In this document: positions 1-9,438 of the stretch, in pieces
Layout: every line of letters begins with the position of its first letter
How positions within the stretch are numbered: the stretch's first letter is position 1
Source: a virus
Taxonomy: Duplodnaviria; Caudoviricetes
IMG/VR virus record: IMGVR_UViG_3300028588_000808
Span: 1-34,183 of that record
Strand: one strand, 5' to 3'
DNA: 34,183 bases
Translations under genes and position numbers: made by a program
Notes under the pieces: model-generated
What the model was told of the DNA's origin: nothing
What the model saw: the letters and a program-made list of their open reading frames with translations, nothing else
Database searches by the model: none

Positions 1-348
1 ACCAAGCTCGACCAGCAGGCCAATGGCGGCTTCGTCGTTATTCTATTCGAGCTGCTGGCGGCAGTGGCCGAGCACCTGGTGCAGCAGGCGTGCACGGTGC
101 CGGTGGGCTTAGAGGCGCAGTTGCGCGGGCTGGCGCAGCGGCTGCTGCCCTACTTCCCGAGCGAGCTGCGTAGCGAGCGCTTTACGCATGAGCAACTCGC
201 CCAGGTGCTGCACGAGGAGTTTTTCAGCCGGCCCGACGTGTGGCGCTGGCTGACGGAGGAGGCGCAGATTGGGGGCGAGTGGGTCGAGTACTGGGCACGG
301 GAGATTACCTGGCGCTTTTTCAAGCCGGAAGCAGGGCCGCCGGCATGA
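1..348 (+). CDS. Hypothetical early protein (5' truncated by window)
   Basis: Frame is open from base 1 (TKLDQQANGG...) through the 64..348 ORF to TGA; ATGA overlap with next ORF. Confidence 0.7.
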   Translation, partial: TKLDQQANGGFVVILFELLAAVAEHLVQQACTVPVGLEAQLRGLAQRLLPYFPSELRSERFTHEQLAQVLHEEFFSRPDVWRWLTEEAQIGGEWVEYWAREITWRFFKPEAGPPA

Positions 349-431
349 CGCTTTCCCGCCACTGGTGGCGCGCTCGCCTGAGCGGGGCCGCCCTGCTCGC
401 CGCGCTGGTCGCGGCCCTGAGTCATACCTAG
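345..431 (+). CDS. Small hydrophobic peptide (28 aa, MTLSRHWWRARLSGAALLAALVAALSHT)
   Basis: ATGA start/stop coupling with upstream gene; hydrophobic stretch. Confidence 0.4.
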   Translation: MTLSRHWWRARLSGAALLAALVAALSHT

Positions 432-485
432 CCGTAGGGTGCCGCCCGGCCCCGCTACTGCTCACTTCTCTTTTCCCACCTCTTT

Positions 486-740
486 ATGTCTCAATCGCAA
501 GTTCTCGACAAACCCGCCCCACCCGCTAATGCGGTGCATGGTACCCTAGAAAGCCTTATTCTCTATGTAGTGCTGGTATTGGCGCCCATCGGGCTCAAAC
601 TCGCTGGCCTGACCCGCGTGGCCACGTGGTCGTGGTGGAGGGTCACGGCCCTGCTCTGGCTGCCCTGGGGGATACTGGGCGCGGTAAGCGCGGTGGGCTT
701 TCTGTGGTACCTGGCCAGCCCCAGGCCCAGCCGTGGCTGA
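486..740 (+). CDS. Small phage membrane protein (2 TM, LKLxGx..WSWW motif)
   Basis: LKLAGLTRVATWSWWRVTALLWLPW resembles a common small phage membrane-protein motif; AT-rich start context. Confidence 0.7.
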   Translation: MSQSQVLDKPAPPANAVHGTLESLILYVVLVLAPIGLKLAGLTRVATWSWWRVTALLWLPWGILGAVSAVGFLWYLASPRPSRG

Positions 741-933
741 GCTACCCAGCTGGCCCGCGCTCTTCACGCCCCCGGCCGAGTTGCTGGGCTGGCTCGATGA
801 GCAAAGCCGCCTGCACCAGCGCGACCCGGTGCAGCTGCGCCACTTGCAAGCCCTGCGCTGGCTGGTACTGGCCGAGCTAGACCGCAAATGCCCCACAGGC
901 TTCAAACCTGGAATGCCTGTGTGGCACCCCTAA
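733..933 (+). CDS. Hypothetical protein (66 aa)
   Basis: Overlaps upstream stop; plausible codon usage. Confidence 0.5.
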   Translation: MAELPSWPALFTPPAELLGWLDEQSRLHQRDPVQLRHLQALRWLVLAELDRKCPTGFKPGMPVWHP

Positions 934-1072
934 AACCTGCCTCGTCCCAAGTGGGAGGAGCCGCGCCCTGGGTGGGAATCCGGTGCGCTCTGCCGGCCTC
1001 GCGGCCGGACGAGGCGCTATTGCCCAGCTACTAAGCTGCGCCTTTTTTTAAGTACTTCCTTCTATACCAATT

Positions 1073-1633
1073 ATGTACCGTCCTGCTTTTGTTCCCAAGC
1101 TGCGCATTAATTACGATAAGACCTGGGCGCGCCTCACGCGCTTCTTTAAGCAACCATCCCTGGTGCAGCCGGCGGCGACGCCCGCGCACCTAATTGAGGC
1201 GCTCGCGCCCCAGAAAACGATTAAGCGGCCACAACTCAAGGGCAATGTGTTTCACACGCTCAAAGAGATTGTGGCCATTTTTATGGCCGACTGGAACCGG
1301 GCCAAGGCCCCCATCAACGTGGCCATCCAGACCACGCGCACGAGCCTGGCGAAGCGCTGCCGCAACCGCGACCCGAAGACGAGCTACCGCCACATTCTGG
1401 CACTCGTGGAGGGCGGTTTTCTGCGGGCCAAGGTGCATATCAAAGGCGGCTTGCAGCTGCTCATCAACCCCGACCTCATCGTGTTCGACGCAGCCGAAGC
1501 TGTGCAGAAAATCGTGCGCGAGCACAACCACCCGGCCGTGCCTGCCGCCGCTGCCTTGTCACCCGCCGAGGGGCTGGCCAGCCTGCGCGCCATAGCCCAA
1601 AATTTAGCCCAAAACTTCTGCCGGACTACTTAA
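1073..1633 (+). CDS. Winged helix-turn-helix protein, putative replication initiator/regulator
   Basis: TRTSLAKRCRNRDPKTSYRHILALVEGGFLRAK..GGLQLLINP fits a wHTH pattern; lies just upstream of the primase. Confidence 0.6.
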   Translation: MYRPAFVPKLRINYDKTWARLTRFFKQPSLVQPAATPAHLIEALAPQKTIKRPQLKGNVFHTLKEIVAIFMADWNRAKAPINVAIQTTRTSLAKRCRNRDPKTSYRHILALVEGGFLRAKVHIKGGLQLLINPDLIVFDAAEAVQKIVREHNHPAVPAAAALSPAEGLASLRAIAQNLAQNFCRTT

Positions 1634-1871
1634 AAAACTCAAAGCGGGCATTATGGTAAGCTTTATAACTTGAGACCCGCCATAGATGCTATGAATGATA
1701 GGAACGTCGGTTTTCGGACGACTTATCCACACCACCCTTGTCGATAAGCAGGGGCTAGCTGAAAAAAAAAGAAGGGGCGGGCCGCGGCTGTCGGCCCGCA
1801 GGTGCCTGGCCGGCCGCTCGTTAGCGGCTGGGTAGGGGCCGCTTTTGCCAATTTTTTAAAAACCCACCCAC

Positions 1872-3161
1872 GTGGCCCCGATTCCCACCCCCGGCCTGAG
1901 TGCCAAAGCGGCCCGCGCCGCCGACAAACAAATCCCCTTGCTGAGCCTCATGGCCAAGCTCGGCAAGGTGCCTACCGGCTGCGCGCCGGGCGGCAACTAC
2001 TACTACCACTCGCCCTTCCGGGAGGAAAAAACGCCCTCCTTTGTGGTGTGCGCCCCCAAGAATGTGTGGGTAGACTTTGGCGAGGCCCCCGAGCCCGGCC
2101 AGAAAGCGGCCGGTGGCGACGTGCTCAAGCTGGTGATGAAGCTCGCTGGCTGCGACCTGCCCACGGCCCGGCTGGTGCTGCGCAGCTGGGCCGCCGACCT
2201 GGCCACCCCGCAGGAGCTGGCCCTGCCGCCGCTGCCGGCCGGCGAGACGCTCATCACCGGCCAGCTCACGTTCCGCGACGTGCGCACCGAGCCGCTCGAC
2301 TGGGACGTGCTGATAAAGTATCTCACCAGCCGGGGCATCGACTGGGGCCTGGTGCGCCAGAGCGAGCGCACCAAGGCCCACTTGCAGCAGATTTTCTACC
2401 GCCTCGACAGTAAGCCCCGCGAGAAGCCCTATTTCGGCCTGGCCTGGAAAACGAGCGCCGGCTGGGAGGTGCGCAATCCCAAGTTCCAGGGCACCATCGG
2501 CAGCAAGGGCCTCACCTGGCTGCCAGGCCGCGAGCCAGGCGTGGCCGTGTTCGAGGGCTTTATGGACTACCTGAGCGCGCTGACCTACGCTAAAACGCCG
2601 TTTTTCGCCTGCACGGTGCTCATCCTTAACTCGGTGAGTTTGCTCGCGCAGGCGCTGCCCCAACTGCTGGAGGCCCCCAAGGTGCACTGGTACGGCGATA
2701 ACGACCTGGCCGGCGAGCGGGCGCTACGCGTGCTGCGCCAGGCCTTGCCGGCCGGCCGCGTGCAGGCCCATAACGAGCTCTACCGCGGCTACAAAGATTT
2801 TAACGACTTTCTGACTAAAACCCCGCCCACCAAGCCGCTGCCCCTCAACCGGGCCGAGCCCAGCAAGCTCAGCCAGACGGCCAAATACTGGCTCTGGGTC
2901 GAGTTCGACCGCCCCAAGCCGGGCACCGCGCCCGCTGCCGGCATCCGGCAGAAGTGCAGCTTCTACTCGTGGAGCAACGACGCGCACGGCTTGGAGATGC
3001 TGCGGGTGCTGCGCAACCGCATCGGGCACCAGCTGGCCTACTACCGCCTCTGTGAGCGCACCCACGGCCGCGAATACAAGATTTTAGAATGGGCTGGCAT
3101 GCGCCAGCCGGTACCAGTAATCCCTTCACAATCAAATCAAAATGAAAATCATTCAGGATAA
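1872..3161 (+). CDS. DNA primase (CHC2-type zinc-finger region + Toprim) with C-terminal extension
   Basis: YHSPFREEKTPSF, WVDFG..GGDVL, VFEGFMDYLS, ILNSVS, YGDND, YKDFNDFL motifs of Bacteroidota mobile-element primases. Confidence 0.9.
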   Translation: MAPIPTPGLSAKAARAADKQIPLLSLMAKLGKVPTGCAPGGNYYYHSPFREEKTPSFVVCAPKNVWVDFGEAPEPGQKAAGGDVLKLVMKLAGCDLPTARLVLRSWAADLATPQELALPPLPAGETLITGQLTFRDVRTEPLDWDVLIKYLTSRGIDWGLVRQSERTKAHLQQIFYRLDSKPREKPYFGLAWKTSAGWEVRNPKFQGTIGSKGLTWLPGREPGVAVFEGFMDYLSALTYAKTPFFACTVLILNSVSLLAQALPQLLEAPKVHWYGDNDLAGERALRVLRQALPAGRVQAHNELYRGYKDFNDFLTKTPPTKPLPLNRAEPSKLSQTAKYWLWVEFDRPKPGTAPAAGIRQKCSFYSWSNDAHGLEMLRVLRNRIGHQLAYYRLCERTHGREYKILEWAGMRQPVPVIPSQSNQNENHSG

Positions 3162-3348
3162 GCGCCCGCTCGGGCAATTTAACTACCCATTTCGCCTCAC
3201 TTGCTGCTATTGCAAATCAGAACTGGAGGTTGAAGATGGTGATGTGCAGGAGAGGACTGGGGACAGTGAGCGTGGGCAATTCACCTATTGGTTTCTGAAC
3301 TGCCCGGCATGTAATACGCGCAACCACTTGAGCCCAAGTAAGAAGTGA
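3142..3348 (+). CDS. Small zinc-ribbon protein
   Basis: CxxC pairs (CCYC ... CPAC) in 68 aa. Confidence 0.7.
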   Translation: MKIIQDKRPLGQFNYPFRLTCCYCKSELEVEDGDVQERTGDSERGQFTYWFLNCPACNTRNHLSPSKK

Positions 3349-3740
3349 AGCTGCCCCACCTCGACCAAATCGTGCTGCTCGAGCGCGGCGAGGCTGGGCT
3401 ACTGGCCCGGGCGGTGGCCGTGCTCGTGAAGGACGTGACCCAGGCCAAGCGCCCGGTGCCCTACGTGGAAATGCTCACTTTCACGCCCTTTTGCAACCTG
3501 GGCAAAAAGTTGCTCCAGCACCACCGCCGCGAGCAGCTCACGCCCGCCCGGCCCAAACGCTTCCCGAAGCCCAAGCAGCTGCGCGTTACCTACGACCAAC
3601 TAGTGGCGCTGCACCACCGCAGCTTCGCGCTGAATTACTGCAATCTCTCGGAGGAGGAAAACCTGCAATTGCGGACCATCCTCGGTAAGTTTCAGCAAAA
3701 GGCGCTTAATCTGAGCCAGTGGATACGCTTTGCCAGCTAA
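3345..3740 (+). CDS. Hypothetical phage protein (131 aa)
   Basis: GTGA coupling to upstream gene; typical codon usage. Confidence 0.7.
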   Translation: MKLPHLDQIVLLERGEAGLLARAVAVLVKDVTQAKRPVPYVEMLTFTPFCNLGKKLLQHHRREQLTPARPKRFPKPKQLRVTYDQLVALHHRSFALNYCNLSEEENLQLRTILGKFQQKALNLSQWIRFAS

Positions 3741-4093
3741 ATCTTTGTGAAGCCCAGCACCTGAATGGCCGCCAGTTGGCTGCTGTTAACCCGGCCTTCC
3801 AGCACCACGCCCGTCGTGCAGGTGCAGGCATTGCAAACGGCCGCGGGCGCGGCTTGGGTAGCATGGGCTTGGGTGAAGGCAATGCCCTGCTGCACGAGGT
3901 AAGTCGTCGCGACGGCTTCGAGCTGCTGGGTAGTAGTAGCCTGGCCCCACTTATCGGCGCACTGGGTCTGGGCATAGCGGACGGCGATGGAGTCGGCCTC
4001 GGGAGGAGCAGGCTCAGAGTTTTTCTTGCAGCTGGTACCAGCCAGGAGGCACAGGCTGCTCAGCAGCCAAACGGTGAGTCGGGGGAAGTTCAT
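3737..4093 (-). CDS. Cys-rich lipoprotein (moron)
   Basis: Signal peptide with lipobox LAGTS-C followed by KK; QCADKW and CNACTC motifs; opposite strand to the phage genes. Confidence 0.8.
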   Translation of the reverse strand: MNFPRLTVWLLSSLCLLAGTSCKKNSEPAPPEADSIAVRYAQTQCADKWGQATTTQQLEAVATTYLVQQGIAFTQAHATQAAPAAVCNACTCTTGVVLEGRVNSSQLAAIQVLGFTKI

Positions 4094-4266
4094 CGGAAAA
4101 GGAGCGAGATAGTGCTAGTAAGATATCTAATACGGCGGCTTTGGTTGCACCCGGCCCGGCAGAAAAGTGTACCAGAAAAAGTATTCCCGATTTTACCCCT
4201 CTTTTCCAGCCCATCCGGGCACATTTTCACGCCCCGTTCTTGTAGGGGAGAAAGCACTAGCTTTTT

Positions 4267-4941
4267 ATGGTACAGTTCCCCCTCATTTTCGCCCGCGTCT
4301 CCAAGCTCACCCAGGACTGGGCGCGCCAGGTGGCCGACCTGGAGCCAGTGTGCGAAAGCCGGGGCTGGGGCACTCCGTATATAATAAGCGAGAAGGGCAG
4401 CGCCAGCAAGCGCCGCAACTCGCAGCGCCCCGAGGTGCAGCTGCTGCGTGAGCTGGTGGCATCCGGCAAGGTGAGTCACGTGCTCATTACCGAAGTCTCG
4501 CGTTTGAGCCGCCTGCCCAGCCAGGCCCACGCGCTGCTCGAAGAACTCACGGCGGCCGGCGTGAGCATCTACCTGCACCGCTACAATATCGAGACGCTGC
4601 TGTCCAACGGCCGGCTCAATCCCATTGCCTCGATGCTCTTTGCCCTCACGGCCGAGTTTGGCCGGGCCGAGACGGAAGACCGCGCCGACCGCATCCTCTC
4701 GGGCCAGGCCGAGGCGCGCAGAAAGGGCAAGCACCTGGGCCGGCCGGCTGGCACGAGTTTGGAAGATGAGGATTTGCTAAAGAAGTGGCCGAAAATAGCT
4801 AAATTGCTTCGGGGTAATCGGTCGGTTCGGGAAATTGCACAATTGGAGGAAGTCTCTGCTACTACGGTGCAGGCCGTGCGCGCCGCTTTGGTGCGCAAGG
4901 GTGACCTTAAAGCCCGAAAAGCCGTGCCGGTTGCGTCCTAA
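4267..4941 (+). CDS. Serine recombinase (resolvase/invertase family) with C-terminal HTH
   Basis: FARVS..Q (catalytic Ser), RPE, ITEVSRLSR, G...GRP and SVREIAQLEEVSATTVQ HTH. Confidence 0.92.
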   Translation: MVQFPLIFARVSKLTQDWARQVADLEPVCESRGWGTPYIISEKGSASKRRNSQRPEVQLLRELVASGKVSHVLITEVSRLSRLPSQAHALLEELTAAGVSIYLHRYNIETLLSNGRLNPIASMLFALTAEFGRAETEDRADRILSGQAEARRKGKHLGRPAGTSLEDEDLLKKWPKIAKLLRGNRSVREIAQLEEVSATTVQAVRAALVRKGDLKARKAVPVAS

Positions 4942-4993
4942 CTACCATACTGCTTCTCTGGTAGTTTTGCCCTGCATTCCTTTTCTGCTAGTT

Positions 4994-5506
4994 GTGAAAA
5001 ACCCTACCGTTTACGCTATTCCGGTGCTGCCGCACGTGCGGCAGTTTATGTTGAAAAAGTTTGGGGGCGCGCAGCCGCATCCGGTGCACCAGAACACGTT
5101 TATGGGCCGGGTGGTGCGCATGAAAGTGGAGAAGCAGCCCTTTCGCCAACTCAACCGGGCCGAGCAGCCCCAGGGCGCGGTGTACCTGCTGAGCCTGCCC
5201 ACCTCGCTCAAGCATCACACCATCACGCCCGAAGCTGCCAAGCAGATGGGCGAAATGTTCGATAAGCTCTTTCTGGAGCAAATGATAATGTTCGTGCTGG
5301 GCCAGGTAGTGGCCACGCAGAACGAGCGCCAGGCCCTGCGCTCCTTCTGCCAGCTCTACGACATCGACCCCTCCCATGCCGACCTGGAGGTACTGCGCAA
5401 ATGCTACCGCGACTACAAGGATAAGGTGCTGAAAGAGAACGGCTGCTACGAGCTGCTCTATAATCCCGAGCAGCCGCTGTTCCGTGATTACGCGCAGCGT
5501 GATTAA
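4994..5506 (+). CDS. Phage protein, candidate late-gene transcriptional activator
   Basis: GTG start at 4994 after a pyrimidine-rich leader; helical C-terminus (ALRSFCQLYDI..LEVLRKCYRDY); its stop abuts the first late-promoter motif. Function is inference. Confidence 0.6.
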   Translation: MKNPTVYAIPVLPHVRQFMLKKFGGAQPHPVHQNTFMGRVVRMKVEKQPFRQLNRAEQPQGAVYLLSLPTSLKHHTITPEAAKQMGEMFDKLFLEQMIMFVLGQVVATQNERQALRSFCQLYDIDPSHADLEVLRKCYRDYKDKVLKENGCYELLYNPEQPLFRDYAQRD

Positions 5507-5541
5507 GGCCTATTAATGGGTAGGGCAGGGGTGTTCCTTTG
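5506..5541 (+). promoter_or_regulatory. Putative late promoter P1 (AGGCCTAT-N20-TTCCTTTG)
   Basis: Variant of the repeated bipartite motif; ATG at 5545. Confidence 0.55.
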
Positions 5542-5544
5542 AGT

Positions 5545-6018
5545 ATGGCAACACCCCTTCCCGACTTTATTCACTACTTCCGCGACCTCACGGCCGCGCA
5601 CGTGGAGCTGAAAGGCTTCCAGCACGGCCCCGTGTCGCGCATCATCGGCGGTGCCCGCAGCGAGAACGAGTACCCCATGCTCTGGCTGGAAACGCCCACG
5701 CTGGGCCTGCTCGACAAGGACGGTACCGCGCCCTTCGGCCAGCGCAGCTCGGCCGTGGTAATCCTGCAAAGCGTGCCCAAAGACGACTTTGCCGCCCAGG
5801 ACGCGGGCTGGGCCCAGACCGAAATCATCGCGCTCGACGTGCTGAGCCGCCTGCGCAAAGCCCACAAGGCCCGCGAAATCAGCTTCGGCAGCTTCGACGG
5901 CTTGCAGCTCGAGGCGGTGGCCACGCTGAGCCTAGCCAATGAAATCGGCTGGCGCTTCGAGTTCAGCCTTGGCGACTACGTGTGCCTGAAATACGACGCC
6001 ACCCGCTGGAACCCCTAA
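5545..6018 (+). CDS. Virion structural protein, possibly tail terminator/neck
   Basis: 157 aa; YPMLWLE and GWRFEF beta-rich pattern; first gene of the tail operon. Confidence 0.65.
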   Translation: MATPLPDFIHYFRDLTAAHVELKGFQHGPVSRIIGGARSENEYPMLWLETPTLGLLDKDGTAPFGQRSSAVVILQSVPKDDFAAQDAGWAQTEIIALDVLSRLRKAHKAREISFGSFDGLQLEAVATLSLANEIGWRFEFSLGDYVCLKYDATRWNP

Positions 6019-6023
6019 GCGCC

Positions 6024-7757
6024 ATGATTTTAGAAGTAAATACCACTTGGACAGCTAGCACCTCCAACGGCACTGGCGGGCGCACGGCCACCGGCACGGG
6101 CCTGGGCTTTGATACGAGCACTGGGCAACTGGTGCCCTTCAACCAAACGAAGGTGCTGGCCCTGATTGACCCGGTACCGGCCGGCGTACAGATGCGGCCG
6201 GGCGACCTGATTCATGTCGTCTGCGTCAACTTCACCCTGACCGAGTACCGGTACGCGGGCAATAATGCGCTTACGACCAACGTCACGCCTAATAGTCCGC
6301 AGTGCGGCTACGCGCTCCCGCTCACGTGCGACCTGCTCGCCGTGACGGTGAGCCAGGTGGCCACGCCCACCGGCGCGGACGTTACGGCCGCGTTCACCGG
6401 CACCGTGAACGGCTTGGCTTTGTATCAGCTCGACGGTGGCACTGACCAAGCCAGCCCGTTCTTCCCAGGCGTGGCCGCTGGCCAGCATACCATGCAGGTG
6501 CGCGACGATGGTTTGGCCGGTTGCTCGCGCTCGCTCACCTTCACCGTGGCCCCGGCGAACTTGCTGCCCCCGGCCCCGACCGGCCCGAGCCGGCGCATCG
6601 ACTTCGTGGGCCAGCCGCTCTGGCATCACATGAGCCTGCCGGTACTGGCGGGGGCTAAAGTAGACCTGGAGCTGTGGGTGGAAAGCGCCCATGGGGCCGC
6701 GGACTACGCCCGGGTGCTCACGCTCAGCAAGCACGCCGATGCCCAGGGCGAGGTAGCCTTTCGCCTCGATACGCTGCTCTGGCCGCTGCTGCGGGCCTTC
6801 GTGCCGGAAATTGCCTTGTCCGTGGCCACGCAGGTGTGCACCACCAACCTGCTCGACTACTACGTGCGCACCACCGTCACGCCGCTCGACCCCCTGCTGC
6901 CGGTCTTCTACGGCATTCCCGAGCTGCGCACGGCCCTGCGCGGCGGGCTGCCGGCCGAGTGGCAGGGCACCGATTACTTTACCCTGCGCGAGCAGCTGCC
7001 CCAGCTGCCGTTCCTGACGTGGCAGCCCACCGGCCCCGGCCTCTACGCCGACCAGCAGGCCAAGCCCATCGTGGCGGGGCAGCCCGAATGGCTGTTCTTT
7101 CTCTGCACCCCGAGCCTTGCGGGGACGCAGCTGCGGGTGAGCCGCCGCTACCGCATGAGCGCCACCGCGACCCCGGTGGTCGATGTGGAGGGGCTGACCC
7201 CGCCCGCCGGCGACTGGCCGTACCAGCTGCTGGCCATTCCGCTGCGCGACACGCGCCCGGGTTTTGCCACGCTCACCGTGCAGGTGGAAACGGCCACGGG
7301 CGACGCCGTGAGCCTGCCGGCCGTCTACGAGTTCGTGGCGCGCAGCGAGCGCACGCGCTTTTTGCTGTTCACCAACTCCGTGGGCGGGGTGGATACCCTG
7401 CGCACGGGCGACCAGGCCCGGCTGGAGGTCACGCTCGAAGCCACCACCGAGAAAGTGGAGCGCCCGGCCCGCTGGGGCGCGGTGGCCCCGGCCGCCGACC
7501 GGCAGGTGAGCGACCTCACGGCCAGCCGTAAGCTGCGCCTGGCCACGGGCTGGCTTGAGGCCCCCGAACTGGAGTGGCTGCAAGAGCTGGTGCTCACCCG
7601 CGAGGTGTGGCAGCAGGTCAACGCCCAGCTGCGCCCGCTCGACTGGAGCAAGCGCAGCCTGGCCACCTACTCCGACGAGCCTGGCCTGCGCGGGCTGCTG
7701 CTCGAATGCGATTACGCCTACGCCCCCACCGCTTACGCCCCTACGCCTTATGCTTGA
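6024..7757 (+). CDS. Tail-tip/distal tail protein with Ig/SprB-like repeat
   Basis: ATG at 6024; YQLDGGTDQASPFFPGVAAGQHTMQVRD repeat; C-terminal FLLFTNSVGGVDTL and ATGWL motifs seen in Bacteroidota phage tail proteins. Confidence 0.7.
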   Translation: MILEVNTTWTASTSNGTGGRTATGTGLGFDTSTGQLVPFNQTKVLALIDPVPAGVQMRPGDLIHVVCVNFTLTEYRYAGNNALTTNVTPNSPQCGYALPLTCDLLAVTVSQVATPTGADVTAAFTGTVNGLALYQLDGGTDQASPFFPGVAAGQHTMQVRDDGLAGCSRSLTFTVAPANLLPPAPTGPSRRIDFVGQPLWHHMSLPVLAGAKVDLELWVESAHGAADYARVLTLSKHADAQGEVAFRLDTLLWPLLRAFVPEIALSVATQVCTTNLLDYYVRTTVTPLDPLLPVFYGIPELRTALRGGLPAEWQGTDYFTLREQLPQLPFLTWQPTGPGLYADQQAKPIVAGQPEWLFFLCTPSLAGTQLRVSRRYRMSATATPVVDVEGLTPPAGDWPYQLLAIPLRDTRPGFATLTVQVETATGDAVSLPAVYEFVARSERTRFLLFTNSVGGVDTLRTGDQARLEVTLEATTEKVERPARWGAVAPAADRQVSDLTASRKLRLATGWLEAPELEWLQELVLTREVWQQVNAQLRPLDWSKRSLATYSDEPGLRGLLLECDYAYAPTAYAPTPYA

Positions 7758-9438
7758 GCTAACTAGCGCCGGCGAGCCGGTGCACCTGAACCCCAGCACC
7801 AACGTGCAGCTGGAGTATAATTCGCCCCTTTTCGACGAGGATACGATAAAGGGTAGCTTCTCGTACTCGCTCAGCATTCCGGCCGGCCCCAACGGCCGGC
7901 TCTACGGCTGGCCCGAGCGGCCCGACCGTGCGGGGGAGCCGGGGGCCGTGCTGCCAGCCGAGCTCACCGATAACGGGCTGCCGCTGCTCACCGGCGCGCA
8001 GCGCATCAAGTCGGCCAGCGCCGCCAAGTACTCGATTAGTCTGCAAGCTGGGCTGAGTGGGGCGCTGCTCAGCGAACGGCCGCTGAGCAGCTTTGCGTAC
8101 GGGGGCCTGCGCGGGGTACCGCGCTACGTGCCGCTGCTGCCTGGTACCAGTGCGCCAGGACTAACGTTGCACGCCAACGCCGTCGTGGCCAACCCGGCCG
8201 CCTACGATTACGTGTTTGCGCCCCTGCGTAATGAGTATGAGTCTACCAATGCTACCCTGCCGCTGGTGTACCCTATCCCCAATACCGTGAACCTGTGGAC
8301 GGTATTGCCCGTGCCGCTGCTGGGGATGCCAGCGGGCGGTACGTTTACGTATAATATTCAGTATAACATACCCGGCAGCGCTATTCCGCTGCCGCAGGAC
8401 CAGCCGCCTTACTGCCCGTTTCCGCGCCTGCGCTACGTGCTGCAAGCCATTTTTGAGGAAAGTGGGCTCTTGGTAGACCTCCCTAACCTGCTGCCCGGCG
8501 AGCTAGGCGAACTGGTGCTGGTCAGCAATGCGCAAGTGGTTGACAGGGGTACGGCGGCCACGTTTCGCTTTAGCCTGGCTGACGTGGTGCCGGCGCTCAC
8601 GGTGGCCGAACTACTGGCCGCGCTCCGGCAGGACTATGGTATCGTAGTTTATCAGGATAGCCGCACGCGCCGGGTGCGCACGTGCTACCTGCACGAGCGG
8701 GTAGCCGCGCAGGTGCCGATGCAGGACTATACCGCCAATCTGGCTGGCTACCCGGAAGTAACGGTAGGCGAAACGCCGGGCCTCACGCTCACCTACCAAG
8801 TGGACGGAGCCGACGAGCTGACCAAAGAGGCCTTGAGCAAGCAACCCGAGGCCTCACTCATTCTGGCGCCGGTGGCTACCGTGGCCGACTTGCCGGCGCT
8901 GGCCCTGGTGGCCGACAATCTGCGGACCGGGCAGGTACGCCTGGTGCAGCAGCTCGACACCTATTACGCCTGCACCGTAACCTACCTGAGCGTACTCGAC
9001 GTGAGCCTGGCCTGGGCTCCGTTGGTCGTGAGCCTGCCGCCCGTGCTGGTAAACGGGGGGGGCGATGAGCAGGCGCAGGCCACGTGCTACACCCAGGAGT
9101 TGCCCACGGAATTAGCCTCCGGTACGGGCTCGACTATTCCGCTGCCGGCCATTTCGCAGCCGCCCTACCGGGCCGACCAAACGGAGGTCGAGCGCAGCAG
9201 CGCGCTGCGCCTGCTCTTCTACCGGGGCCTCCAGCTGGCCAGCGACGGGGTGATGCGCTGCCCGCAGCTTTCGCACCGCAGCCCGAGCGGCGCGCTGAGC
9301 GTGCGCCTGAGCGGGCCGCAGGGCACCTACCAGCAATTGCTGAAGGACTGGCTACCCGTGAAGCTACGCGGCAGCAGCTACAAGGTGCCCCTGCTGCTCA
9401 CCTCGCTCGACCTGGCCCGGTTCGACCTCTCGCGGTAA
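7750..9438 (+). CDS. Tail-tip/baseplate hub-like protein (ends at a probable premature TAA)
   Basis: ATG at 7750 overlapping upstream stop; N-terminal LEYNSPLF...GSFSYSLSIP; frame continues 30 codons past the TAA to 9531. Confidence 0.7.
   Translation: MLELTSAGEPVHLNPSTNVQLEYNSPLFDEDTIKGSFSYSLSIPAGPNGRLYGWPERPDRAGEPGAVLPAELTDNGLPLLTGAQRIKSASAAKYSISLQAGLSGALLSERPLSSFAYGGLRGVPRYVPLLPGTSAPGLTLHANAVVANPAAYDYVFAPLRNEYESTNATLPLVYPIPNTVNLWTVLPVPLLGMPAGGTFTYNIQYNIPGSAIPLPQDQPPYCPFPRLRYVLQAIFEESGLLVDLPNLLPGELGELVLVSNAQVVDRGTAATFRFSLADVVPALTVAELLAALRQDYGIVVYQDSRTRRVRTCYLHERVAAQVPMQDYTANLAGYPEVTVGETPGLTLTYQVDGADELTKEALSKQPEASLILAPVATVADLPALALVADNLRTGQVRLVQQLDTYYACTVTYLSVLDVSLAWAPLVVSLPPVLVNGGGDEQAQATCYTQELPTELASGTGSTIPLPAISQPPYRADQTEVERSSALRLLFYRGLQLASDGVMRCPQLSHRSPSGALSVRLSGPQGTYQQLLKDWLPVKLRGSSYKVPLLLTSLDLARFDLSR

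Noticed and set aside
944-990. tRNA gene (AGTGG and GAATCC-like segments)
   Set aside because: No GTTCRA T-loop or proper cloverleaf; kept only as a structured-RNA candidate
1634-1871. Replication origin between the wHTH and primase genes
   Set aside because: Position is plausible and there is an A9 tract, but no iterons were found, so it is unsupported
6030-7892. 620-aa minus-strand ORF (also 10747..12027, 17040..18107, 1821..2687)
   Set aside because: Antisense shadows of well-supported plus-strand genes in high-GC DNA; no motifs
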